NCBI GenBank assembly: GCA_002633005.1
Contig: NMRA01000051.1
Span: 62,001 to 126,000, forward strand
DNA: 64,000 nucleotides
Direction: 5' to 3'
Source: Phoronis australis
Taxonomy: Eukaryota; Animalia; Phoronida
The notes under the pieces were generated by a model. That model was not told the origin of the DNA. It did not search any database and saw nothing but the letters and a program-made list of their open reading frames with translations. A program made the position numbers and the translations under genes. Shown one piece after another: positions 36,025 to 48,962 of this stretch; the first letter of the stretch is position 1; each line of letters opens with the position of its first letter.

Positions 36025-39000
36025 ATGTTGTTCAAGATGAATCAAGATTCAGGTCTAATGACATGCACAATTGGCATTGAAAGTCTGGCCATCAGTGGGG
36101 AAACTATCAAAAAATTTGTCCACCGTAATGCCACTTGTATTCTTGGCCGAAATGAGTTCCGAGACATCGTCCTCAATGTTGAGCTGGGCAAAAAAACATT
36201 GAATTATAACCTCAGGGAAATACAACTCCATACAAAATTTGTCAAAGATGGCAAAGCTACGGTCAAATTGCCGGATAAAAATGTTCAACTTCTGTTCTCG
36301 AACTGCCCTCCTGATAAGTTAGTGAAGTTCTTGAAAACGATGAAGGCCAAACATACTTGTTTAAAACACCAAGGATTCGTCAGCGAAAGGCAAAAGCTGT
36401 TATCAGATGCACCAAGAGTGTTCCAGGAGATAAGTCCTTTGAGTTTGAAGGATGTGCAGACTATACACAACTTACGAGCCAAGCAAGCAGAAGAAAGCAC
36501 TCTCATGACACCTAAGGGAAAGAATTTGCCTGCAAAGCGAAAACGCATGGATGTTGACATCAAGGAAAATGAAATTTCAAAGGTTGTGTGATCTCCTGGT
36601 TTTGTTTTTCATTAATCACTGACAGTATAATCTTGCCAGTTTAGGGTGCAATATGGCATGCATTCAAGGGATATTGTATTTACATAAAAGGTCATAGCAT
36701 GCACATTCAAATTCGGTGTTATAGAGCAGACTTTTAAAAAGCATTAGTATGTGGCAATTCAAAACAATGTAAGGAACTCTTGAAAAATGAAAAAAATGGA
36801 CTGTGGTGGCTTAGTTGTCCAAAAGTGATGGTGTTTTACAAATCATGGCATATATGTATGTTACTTTCTAACTGCCAAATAGTTCAGTTACCTCTAAGTA
36901 CCTAGCGTGCTCAATTCCTGTTTGTTACAGGAGCTGAAAAATGACTTATGGCTCAGTGACTTATATTAACTCCAAAAAGATCCTCTAGGCTTATTTTAAG
37001 ATTCCTTATGTGAAGTAATTAGTGTCAGTTTGCTCTACAAATTAGATGTGATTTCTGGCCTTTAAAGTAACTGACACTTTGTTATTTCTTGAGATCATGC
37101 TAAAAATCTGACTTATTGTTATATACCCTTCGTGTGCTGGGCAGGGTCTCAATCAAGAACAAATTATTCAAACTCAGAAACCATTACTCAGCTGAGTAAG
37201 TAATAAGTTGATACAAGTTCAAATGCCATCTAAATCCAAAGTTTCTTTGACAGAACATGTGTTCATAGCAACTTTAATCAGTATTTTCAAAACGGTCTCA
37301 AGTGTACAAGCAGGAAAAATATTAATTGGACTAGTAACTGGTTGCTTTACAGGCCTGTAAGATTCCTAGAAATTCGCTGACAGTCAAGAGTCAAATCTCT
37401 CAGCAGTTGACCAAAGAACAAAGACAGGTGCTCAACGCTGTCCTGTCAGGTACCAACATCTTCTTCACAGGTAGTGCTGGCACGGGGAAATCATATCTGC
37501 TGCGCAGAATCATAGGTGAGACTTCTTGCCAGTATGGTAGCTAGACCAGAGTTAGGCAGACGTTTTGAAGGTAGACAGAGTCATGTCAATGTATCGTGCA
37601 TGCTTACATGCACCATGGGACTCTACTCGTTCGATTTTGTTAGAAGTCCTATTTTTTGTGATGCAAATAGTTAGCTCTTAACATTTTTTTTTAACAATAG
37701 GTTTTGATTTGGACCACTTAAGAGTCATGATATTGGTCTTAACATGCTCCCTACTAAAGTATCATATTGCTTGAGGTCGGTGTATAGATGCTGCCTTGTC
37801 ACGACAGGTTATTTTTTTCGACCTTAGTTTCCAGAAATATCATACTGTACAGTAAAATCTCGTACAGTAAAATCTCAACCAATTTCTGACAGAAGTAATT
37901 GCCAAAGTTGATAGATTTCATTTTCAAAGTCTTCTCACATTGTTCTAAATCCCTGAAATTTCTCTGAAGTGTCATCTTAATGACTATATTATGTGGGTTT
38001 TAAACTGATACAAATTGTGCTTGTATCCGTTTATAAAATTGCTATACATTTCATTTCAGGTTCTCTGCCCCCAAACTACACATTTGTAACGGCCAGCACT
38101 GGTGTCGCCGCTTGTCACATTGGGGGTACCACACTCCATTCATTTGCAGGTAACACAATGATGTCTCTGCATATTTTGTTTTTAAAAGCATTTATCGTAA
38201 TCTATTTTGCCCGGGGTACGCCAGGAGGTATGTTGCAGAGTAAAACAAGATGAGGATTGCAAATAATGTCATTTATTATGACATAAATAGAAAGAACTAA
38301 ACAAGACTCTGCAAGATGGACATGGAAAAAACGCCATATAATGTTTATTCTGCACTGTATTTTTAACATATATGTAAAAGTCATGTTAGGGTCTGATTGA
38401 ATGAGAAAATTATAGCATTTATTATTAGGAGGTGTTCACTATCTGAATTACATCACTTCTGAAATGTACTTTCAAACTGCACTGTAAGTTGACATTCATA
38501 GGTAGGAAATTTGTGCTTAACGGTTGGTAAGTCTTAAAATGAGTGAAAATTTTGCTTACTCAAATTATAAGTCAAGAAATGACAGTTCCGTTTATTGAGT
38601 GAAAAGTGGCTGAAGACTTTAGACAGAAGTTTGGTGTTACGCTCTACATAACTATTTCTGAAAAAAATTGACACTCCGAAAAGATATCTAAAATATAACC
38701 AAAACTGCTACTTACTGAGGAAATTTGTACAAATTATTTCCATGAAGTGATGTGCTAATAATCATATGGCTAAACTTTTACTTGGCAATTTTGAAGTGGG
38801 AGAGTAAGACCATAATTTCACTCTTAAGTCTTGAGTCATTATTCATGAAATAGACCCCAGACTCAATAAATTAACTTGACCTGTCAGGTATTTCTGCAGG
38901 ACGAACCTTAACAAAGTGCCAAGTAAAAATTATTAACTGTTTATATTAAACTTGCATATCCATGTGAAATTTTTTCATTAAAATAGATGACAAAATATTA

Positions 39001-42000
39001 TGAAAAATTTAATATGGTGGTATTGATATGCGTTGATCACGTCCTGTTTAAATGTAAAAAATGTAAAATAGAAAACATTTTTAAGCCATTTTTGTCTTCA
39101 GGTATAGGGTCTGGGACAGCCACTTTGGAAAGGTGTATTGAATTGGCCTCAAGACCACAGGTGGCAGCGCAGTGGAGGAAGTGTCGACATCTCATCATTG
39201 ACGAAATCTCCATGGTTGATGGAGACTTTTTCACAAAACTGGAGGTTGTGGCAAGGTTGGTAGCACTGTTTCATGAAGAAATTATGCTATAGAGCACTTG
39301 GCATGTTGAAATTTAGCTCAGCAGTTTTTGGTCCAATTATGTTTAAATACAAGTTGGTTATATAGCATCTGTTCAAAGTGCAATAATTTTGTTGATCAGT
39401 CAGTGTTTTGAAAGTGAACCCAATAAACTCTAATTGGCTCTTTGTTATTTTTAAACAAGATTAAAATCACATTAACTTTATTCGCTGTATTAAAAATACT
39501 TTGAATCAGAATCTGAACCTTTTTATTAGTTGCTTTTGAAACCGAGGTGAGCATTGCCTTAAATGTATGTTGAGCGCTGTTTTGGCAGGTCAAAAATGGT
39601 CATCTTCAAACTAGGATAAAATAAGAATGATCTGGTTGATCATGTCAAAACACATCACTGGAGAGCTTCCTTCCTGACCACAGTATACCCACAGAAAATA
39701 ATATTATGCTAATTAATTCATGATTCAACTGCTTCTTTCACGTTACATGATCGAATGAAAACATTACGGATGTCCTAATGTAATATTCATATTACCTAAG
39801 CAGCACTCAATATAGTTTTAAATCGGATTTCTTGATTTCTCACTATGTTTATTGCTGCGGTAACAGGTTTAGTATGTGTGGTTTACGTTGCTGTTTTCAG
39901 AGTAATCAGAAAAAGTGACGACCATTTTGGTGGCATGCAGCTCATACTGTGTGGTGACTTTCTACAACTGCCCCCTGTTGTCAAAGGTCAAGAGAAGAAA
40001 AAATTCTGTTTTCAGGTATTGGTCCTGAACTTCATCGGTTCTTGATAATCAGGATGATAATGTATGCTATCTATCTTGTCCCTCGTTTTTGAGAATCTCC
40101 ATTTGACCAAGGTGTAAATAGAGAAGTTGTGTCAGATGTTCTGTAAACAATTGTATTTCACTGATAACATCTTGATCAAAAATGCTTAACATTTTCTATT
40201 TACCTTTTAGATGGCTACAATGAAAGAATTGCTTGGTGATGACATTAAATTGCATACTGTAGTCATTATTTTTAATATTTTCCTAGTCTAATGCCTGGCG
40301 AAAGTGTGTCCAAAAGACCTTGGAACTAACCGAGGTCCACCGTCAGAAAGACAAGGACTTTGTTGGTATACTGAACAATATCAGGATGGGAAGGTGAGAT
40401 ACAGTGGTGCTTCCTGGATTTAATCTTGAACAAATAAAAATATGACAGACTGTGTTGAAAATTAATGTTCTAACCTGTGATGCATTCTCTGACACTAATC
40501 AAAGCTCGACAATTCATCTTACATCTGGGTGTCTTGCTCACTGGATGGGTTTTGCTACTGGTTAGGTCATACACAGGCGTTGGGGAAGATGCAGGCCATT
40601 GTTTGTGTGGTTATGATGAACACAAATGTAGTTATTCCTCTTGGGTTTCAGTATTTCTGTCCTTGACTATTCCTGTCATTGATAACGAGGGCCACTGGTA
40701 TTATGCAAAAAAATTGCAGACTGTGTACAATCACTAGCTTCAGGCCAATGTTACATATTTACACTAAGGCACTTTTTAGAGTGTTTTGCAAGTAAATTTT
40801 CATGTCAACGTTCTTTCGATTTTGTGTGAGATTATGAAGAATGAAGAAGCATCATTACTGGTGTAAGTTTTTCTTTTTCTAGACTAGCTTTCAGAGAACA
40901 CTCCAAGATTTCTCATAAGAATCATAATCCTTTATTTGAGGAGGCAGTATGACCTAATGGGATGAATGTCACCTCCTGTTATCAACATTGTAGATTTGAA
41001 TCCCACTAGACCCCAATAATACACCCCTGAGTCGGGTCTCTAGCTCCTTAGCTCAGTCTTAATTTATGTATGTGTTATATATTTTTATGTTAATAATCTA
41101 ACAAATGGTTTCAGATGTTTGGTGCAGTGTGACTGGCTGAGCAGCCTGTGCACTTTTGGTGTTCTGTGTATCAGACCACCTGCACTATTTTTGCACAATT
41201 TAAATCCCGTTTTTATCAAATTAGACCAACATTTTTGCTTATTTCGTGTCTCACTAGGTGTCCTGAACATGTGTCCAGAACCCTGAAAAATACCAGCCAG
41301 CACTGCATTGATAAGGAGGGCATTCTTGCCACCCGGCTATGCACGCACAAGGAAGACGTTGACCACATTAACACGCAGCATCTTGGCAAGCTGCCAGGTG
41401 AGGGGCATGTTTACGAGTCAACAGACAGTGATGAGTACGCCACGAGAACGCTCAACAACATGTGCCCTGTGCCACAGCGACTGGAACTAAAAAAAGGAGC
41501 CCAGGTGTGTGTGTGATGAGAACTGAACTCTATAATGGCGCAATTTTAGAATGATGAAATAAACAAGAATTTTAGTTCACTGTATCGGGCTACTTGAACA
41601 CTATGGCTGACGCACTTTTGAACATAGCTCTTCACTTACGAACACAGATCACAGACCTGTAAACACAGTTCACCGACTGACACTCACACACGGCTTTAAT
41701 GCACCCAAAAGGCATGAGTTCATATACTCTAAGAAAAACAACTCAAGCATCGTAAATAGTTCAGGCACCTATAAGCACAGCTCCAGCACCTGTAAACGTG
41801 GCCCATGGACTCTTCGCTGTCCATCCACATCTTTGTTGATGGGCGTGCGTCTCTAAGCCACTTTTTTGGGTGTGTAAGCTATGGTTGTGAGTAGAGGCAC
41901 AAGTAGATGAGTCAGTGAACTAAATTCACATGTCCATGTGACATGTTCATAAGTGCATAAGTCATGTTGCTGTGTAAGTGTCTCTGTGACCAAATAATCC

Positions 42001-43781
42001 CTTTAGTCTCCATAATGACTATTATGACTTCTTCCTTACTTGACAGGTAATGTTGGCAAAGAACCTGGACATTCAAAAAGGTCTTGTCAATGGTGCCCGA
42101 GGTATTGTGATCGGGTTTGAGCCCGGGGACCTGTGCTACCCCATTGTCAAGTTTGTGTGTGGTGCTAGGGAGGTGATGAGGCCGGAGCGGTGGATTGTGA
42201 AGTCAGGTGGCAATGCTTTCCTCACACGCCGCCAGGTGCCGCTGAAGTTGGCTTGGGCAATCTCCATCCACAAAAGTCAGGTGAGTTGCTGTGGTTGTTT
42301 CAATATCTTGCTATGAGAATTTACAGAACTTGGTGAATAGAATTTTCCAGAAAAGTTACAACAGCACCCTCTTGACCCAGTTATCTAATGCTGACTTTGA
42401 GTATGATTTTGTGTAATAATTGTTATCATTGGATTTGAAAATTCTGAAGAAATTGTTTCACGTGAAGAAGAATAAGCTCAAATTAACTGAATTTATACCT
42501 GTTTGCAAAATTGATTTTAAGATGATTTCAGGTTCTGTGATTTCTCCCATAGCTCAGTCCAGTGAAGATATTTTTACAGATTTTACTTGCGCCTTTGAAA
42601 CAGAATTTAAAGCCTGATTTCTTTATATCTGCACTCCTCATGCCAATTGTACACATGAATTAACATTTTCACCATGTTTTTCAAAGTAGGAAATTTCTTT
42701 TGATATTGAAGTTTCATCTGGTTTTGTCTGGTCTCACTTCTTTTGACAAATTACAAGACAAGTGTACTGAAGTAATGTGATTGGTTGGAATGTGTGTAGC
42801 TACTAAAACTTGATTGGTCAGTGTGTATGAGTCATATTATCACTTGAAAATATAACCAGACTTTTTTGGGAGATTGATAGTCAAACAGGAGCCAAGTGAG
42901 AACCATTGTGATATTGATTCCTTAGTGTGTTGAAAATTCAAAACTGATTCCAGTGCTATTTTCACCCAATATTCTGGAGGTCACATTTCCTAATTTTCAG
43001 TAACACTGGACACGTTTCGCTGCACACAGGCCATTGCCTGTAATTAGATAAAAACCACTTGGTGTACTTTTTGAAAATAATACTAACCCTATTACCTGAA
43101 ACTACTCCCAAGCCAGAGGCTTTTGACCTGTACACAATACATACAATATTTCTCAAGTTTAGTCTTTTCCTGTTGTGTCCAGTTGGCAAAACCGTATATT
43201 GTATTACCCAGAAAATAAGACCATGGCCATATAGTGGAGTATGGCAAACCTGATAACTGGTCTTATATCCATAATAATGGTTTGACTTTATGCTCAAACA
43301 TAAGACTGTTTACTTATATTTTAGGTCATTTGCATTTTTAACTGCTCTCAAAAAATGCATTATTTGGCCTGTAAGGTCATAACTTTGTATTCCGGGTAGT
43401 AGGGTACTCCTGAAAGTGATTGCTGTAACTCTAAAAACTCTGAATCTGTGTGAGACTGTGAGCCTACAATCAGAAACCTTCCAAAAATTTGCCAACTGGT
43501 GCGTTTGCACCTCTTTTCAAAAGTGCTAGTTGCATTTAACATCCTGATAAGATATGCATCCATTTCAGGGCATGACACTGGACTGTGTGGAGATTTCTCT
43601 GTCACGCGTGTTTGAGTGTGGCCAAGCCTATGTAGCGTTGTCACGTGCCTGTAACCTGCTCGGTTTACGTGTGCTGGACTTTGATACGAGTTGTGTGCGT
43701 GCCCATCCGGATGTGCTCAAGTATTACAGTGCTATTGCAGAGAAACAGAAGTCATCTGTGACTGAGTTTAATATCTGGTGA
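36025..43781 (+). CDS. PIF1: ATP-dependent DNA helicase PIF1, ~626 aa. Exons 36025-36582, 37353-37515, 38060-38149, 39102-39255, 39901-40015, 40287-40393, 41258-41504, 42047-42280, 43569-43781
   Basis: N-terminal PINT/PH-like domain ([11 protein letters not shown]...[11 protein letters not shown]...SNCPP) followed by SF1B motifs: [125 protein letters not shown]. All introns are GT-AG with matching phases. The start could be ATG 36025 or 36037. Confidence 0.95.
40938..41050 (+). mobile_element. Degenerate copy of the same SINE head
   Basis: GAGGAGGCAGTATGACCTAATGGG...GATTTGAATCCC...CCCTGAGTCGGGTCTCTAGCTCC, collinear with the 8005-8190 copy. Confidence 0.45.
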
Positions 43782-45217
43782 CAGAAAAAATAATAAAAAA
43801 ATTTGTCTGGTATTTTTATCAATTACTTGCAACAGGTTTTCAGTTTGATGTAAATCAGTTTCCTGTGCATGTTTTTCTGTTGTCATGGCACCATGCAAAC
43901 ATTTCTGAAGGATGCAGGATCAAAAGTGACACTTTCATCCTGTAAGCAGCTGTCAGACTTCAATTTGTTGTGAAACATACTTTGATGTCTTTCTTTATGT
44001 ATATAGTATGCTGACTTGATGCCTTACAATGAATGTTTACAATTCAGAATTTCTTTTAATGTCTAACACTTTTTTGAACCCAGGTAGATGACTACACATT
44101 TATCTCTGATTGTGTCTTAGGGTACAACAAACTTTTAATTTTAGAATAATAGCATACTGTTCAAATTAAATTTTCATGACAGAAAGATCTCTGTGAAAAC
44201 TCTTCAAAATATCTCTTGCTGAATGTAATTTGTTTCGCTGAGAATCCATACAATATTTTGCCAATGCTGAAAACCTTGGTTCAGTGAGGCGTAGTTAACA
44301 CTAAAATCTTGTGCCATATCCCAACATTTTTTTCTTAATGTTTAGAAGCATGCGTGAGGGCAATTTTGAGTGTAGTTTTCAATAAATCAGGTTTCAAAAA
44401 GTATGTGAAGTTTAATGTTGACAAAAAATAATATTTGCAATTGTTAAAGAAACCTATTTTAATTGTTTTGTACAGTAACTCATTGACTGTGGATGTTTGC
44501 TGATTTCATTTTATTGTAATAACATGAATGCTTTATTGTGCTAGAGATTTCAATAAAATCATTTAAAAAATTGTGGTTTTAAAAATGTCTACCAAAAAGC
44601 ACCATTAGTTCTAGACTGTTTTTTCAAATGGAGTCATTGGTGCTATGTTTTTTAGTTGCTCACTTTCAAAAAAGAAAAACGCGAGCAAAAACGATGCAGA
44701 ATCTGTTTTTATTGACCTCTTGGAAAACATGGCGTTTCAAACTTTGCTTACAACAGCGTCTCTGTGCACATTTTCAAAAAAAGGAGACGGTGTCTGAAAT
44801 TGACTGGTCCTAGATTTTTTATTGATTGAGCGTTGGTCTCGAAGTGAGTCGTAGTAGAACCAAAATGTTTTTGGCCGATGTGTGGCAGCACTTTTCACAA
44901 GTAACCCATACATTCCCTTTAGATTAATTTATGTGAAACTCCTTATGATTCAAAAATGCGTTTTGTGGCTAAAAATAAAAGAGGAACTCTCGCCTTTTGT
45001 TAAAAAGTGATTTAGGCCACTTACTTTTTAAACAACATCCGACATCAGCATGAATTAAATACAAAAAGTTGACAGTCTGCAAAATTTGAAGTTCTTGCCT
45101 GTATTGTAAAATATAATTTACCACAGGTTGGGTCCTTTTTAAAGAGAATTGTTCTGTTTTAGAAATGATTTGTAGACTTAAGAAATGACTTTATAACCAC
45201 TCTGAGGTGGGTGGCGT

Positions 45218-45346
45218 GTCACGACTATTGAAATCTCGTGGTCAATTTACATCTACCTCCTGTCTATTTACATTGTCAATGGGAACAGTGTAAATAGACA
45301 AAAGGTCGGTGTAAATAGACCAAGAGATTTTACTAATAGTTGAGAC
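45218..45346. repeat. Imperfect palindrome / hairpin MITE remnant
   Basis: CTATTGAAATCTCGTGGTCAATTTACA...TGTCTATTTACA is mirrored by TGTAAATAGACA...TGTAAATAGACCAAGAGATTTT..AATAG. Confidence 0.6.
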
Positions 45347-45722
45347 TTAAGAAAGTCTAGCAGGGTATCGTTGCTTTAGGTTTAGCTTGCCATAGGGCTC
45401 TAGTTTCAGTTTGGTCAATAAGAAAATTGCTATTCAACTTAAATTACATAAAATCGCTGTGATGTTGCTTTCAAAGTAAATACGACAGACACGAAAGTTG
45501 GTAATTTATTACTCGAGCATGGTTTGACGGTCACACGCCGCTCTGATGGTAACTACAGCCTGCCGAGATCGCGCCTACCTTTAAAAACTTTTATACAGCA
45601 TGCAAACGCATGGACTGAGCCTCCCTGTAAGTGTAGTGTCTGTGATTTTATGAATCAAACATAATGGTGCTAATTGCTCAAATTTGTTAACCTTGTATAT
45701 AGTATTTTAAATTTTGTTTTTA

Positions 45723-45725
<3 letters not shown>

Positions 45726-45800
<75 letters not shown>
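45726..45800. repeat. (AC)n microsatellite followed by (TTTA)n
   Basis: About 37 uninterrupted AC units. Confidence 0.97.
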
Positions 45801-45801
<1 letters not shown>

Positions 45802-47230
45802 TTATTTATTTTATTTATTTTTATAACTTATGTATTTATTTGTCGGTGTACTAGCCTATGGCTAATGTTTTCTCGTTGTTTGACTAACCGACTATAAATA
45901 AAATGACTTGATTTGACTTGGGAGGGGATGGAAGAACTGGTGGCGACATTTTTGTTTAACCCACGACTAAATAAAACGGCTATAATACAATGATCAGAAT
46001 TGAATTCATAGGTAAACGAAACATCTTAGACCTTCATAACATTTCGTGTCGCAACTAAATATAACTCTTATTGAAGAAAGCAGTCAGCACGAAGAAAACG
46101 CCCAAATGCCAACCTTAAAAGGTTTTTTTTTTCTTCCGTACATGCCATCTCATTCTTCAGAGACCTTTTTGATTGTATGCGGTGGTATTCCATATGTAGC
46201 TAACCTACTTCATATTAACAAGTACTACCAACAGTATCGATAAAATGATGCAAACGGCTAGTTGTGTACGCATGGTTAAAAACGAGTTTCTGTCGGTGCA
46301 AGGTATGTGCTTCATATTGGCTGCAGTGCTTTTCCATGCGCCAAGAAGTTATTGCTATCAAAACAGAATTATATTGATCTAATCGATTTTGTTGTATAGC
46401 GCTATTATCCTAAGCCGGTGACAGGCCATTCACATTTGATCTTGAACTGAGAAAATTCAGCAAATCAATGTCAGCAATGATGTAATTGACAAAATGGCAT
46501 TGCAAACATTATTATTTATAGTTTTATAAATTATTGCTCACTCCATTGCATGAGTGCATGTCGCCCATCGAACACAATAGCAAATAGCTCACTCAAAAAT
46601 AGTACCCAGACTTGACGTGAATGCCGAAAATCTGAATTATCGGCCAGCCTCTGTGAATAGTGTAGAAAAACATTGTTTAAAAGTTGTTAATTGTTGTGAA
46701 AAATAAACAACCTGTATCTCAAAAAGCTGAATTTATAAGTCAGTTGCCACGTACGCGGCGGTGACTGAAAAACTGAGACCATAATATTAGGTTACTTTAT
46801 AACTTCATGGAATTATGGGAACGTGAATAATATCACTTATTCTAGATAGGTTATCTGCTGAGTAATATTTTTTGTGGCTACGCAAAAAAGTGATTCATAC
46901 GTCATAAATTGTATCTGTCACGTTTATTTAATTTGCCCATTCGAAGCTTCCAACAACTAATCTTATCAGCCAGAGCTATAGCACGAAGGTGTCCGAACAA
47001 ACACATCGGTCATCTCCGTAGGCCGTTTGATTGTGATCCTGGAGACACGTCATGACAACCCACGTGACCACCTTTATTTACGTTGGATACGGTATTGATT
47101 GAAGAGTAACTATTAAACCTGGGGTCTCGCCTGAATTCCTCAGTATCTCATCCCGCTGGGACAGAGCTATCATCCGGAAAGAGATTTTTTTGATATTTGG
47201 ACATTTTTTCTTTAATAGCGAAACATTATC

Positions 47231-48962
47231 ATGGGGTGCGGAGCCAGTAAAGCAGTGCAAGTGCAACCTGTAAATCAGACGCCAAGACCACCCTCTGCCA
47301 ACAATGAGGTTGCAAAGAAGCCATCGAGTGCGGGAAAGCGCAGTCTGAACAAGGTTGGAGTACTAGTCGAAGAAAACAACGTGAAAAACTCAAAAAAATC
47401 CAGTCGCACGTCAAGTCGACCATCTTTGCGTGGATCGCGCGTGAGCTTAGACAGCTCGGAAACGAGCTCTGATCGCGGCGGTTCGGCAGTCAGCAAAAAC
47501 TCAAAGCACAGCTGCGACTCGGGACTTGGCGATGACTATGCTCACATTATCACAGAGGATTCAGATGAACGCAAAATCAGAGCTGTAGAGAGTGCCTTCA
47601 AAGAAGTTGAACTAGGTAAGATGTTGTTAAATGGAACTGCATGTTCTTCCATTTTATGTGGTACCGATAGAGTGATATTCACTTAGTACATATCACCTTT
47701 TCACAAACTGGACTGTCTTCAATCTCCATTTAAATTTTATCATTTGTATTATCTTTGTTGTATCTTTGGAAATCATAAGAGTACATAGTATAATTATGCT
47801 CGGGATTTGTACCCCATGAACAAACTGAAGGCACGATCATCTTTAATGCTTGACTTGCCATACACAATAAAGCAATCTAGGCCATCTCCATAATAGCTCT
47901 GTGTATTGACGTTGCTAAGTATTTACCTTCATTGATAAGGTATTGCGGTACCATATAAGGAAACATGCTAAGAATTTCATTGGCTAGAATTTTATGACGT
48001 CTTAACCTAGTCTGATGCCGCTGAATGATGGTGTTTTTCCATGAAGTGTTTATATTTAACATGTTTACAGTGTACAGAGACGTTTTGACTAACTTTTGTT
48101 TTGAAAAGAAATAACCTTGATGAAAAATTTTCTTGAATTTTGAAGATTGGAACAACTTGATAAAATTTAATTATTTTTGCAGATCTTGGCATCACAGGAA
48201 CTCAATGCCCTCGACGCCTAAGCGCAAAAGACAAAGAAAGAATCAGTGAACAGAATGTTATGGCGGCACTTCGAGAGGAGGGACTCATCAGTAGGCCCAA
48301 ATCTCGCGCCGGAGGTGGCATCAGTTTCGAGGTGGTCATGGATGCACCGGACGAAAAGGCTTTTGCCCGACCTCCGGCTAGGCTTGCCAAATTAGAGCGT
48401 AGAAAGAAGAAAAAGAAGGCTCTCACTGAAGAAGAGATCAGAGCAAAGCTCCAAAAAGCAGAGGAGAGACGAAAGGTAAACTATTTTTTGCAGATGTTTG
48501 AAACATAATTTTATAAAAAATGTTGCGTTGGCTTTTGAAGTTTCATAATTAGAAACAATAATGAGTTATGTGATCGGGTTGTCTATGTACTGACACAGAA
48601 CAGCAAGAAGTTTATTTATTCATTTTATTTCCGTTCTACTTGAATCTAAAGATGTTGTTTATTTTTACTTGCAGAAAAAGGAACAAGAGAAACTGGAGCG
48701 CATCGAAAGCGTCACAAATAAGAGCGACATTAATCAGGCTTTGGACAATTTTGAGAAACAGCAACAAAATAAAGGGAGTAATTCCGCTGAAAAGTTGGAA
48801 GCCGTCGCTGAGAAGAGACAAAAACAATTGCAAGAGATGAGAGACAAATTAAGAGCAAAAGAAGAGCACGCAGAACGAGTGCGTAGGAGGAAAAAGTTGT
48901 TACCCATAGTTCCACATCCAGATTCGGAAGTGGCTAATGAAGCAGCCGAACTCAAGGCTTAA
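47231..48962 (+). CDS. STMND1: Stathmin domain-containing protein (STMND1-like), ~321 aa. Exons 47231-47615, 48183-48475, 48675-48962
   Basis: Starts MGCGAS (N-myristoylation/palmitoylation-type motif), has a Ser-rich region with DSGLG, then a stathmin-like GGISFEVVM...PPARLAKL...EEIRAKLQKAEERRK segment and a coiled coil. GT-AG introns with phases 1,0. The ortholog name is tentative. Confidence 0.75.

Noticed and set aside
36025-36039. Two in-frame ATGs as mitochondrial vs nuclear PIF1 isoforms (as in yeast)
   Set aside because: They are only four codons apart, too short to encode a targeting peptide.
36025-43781. PIF1 as a Helitron-borne helicase partnering the HINE elements
   Set aside because: It has the cellular PIF1 N-terminal domain, no Rep/HUH domain, and an ordinary multi-exon host-gene structure.
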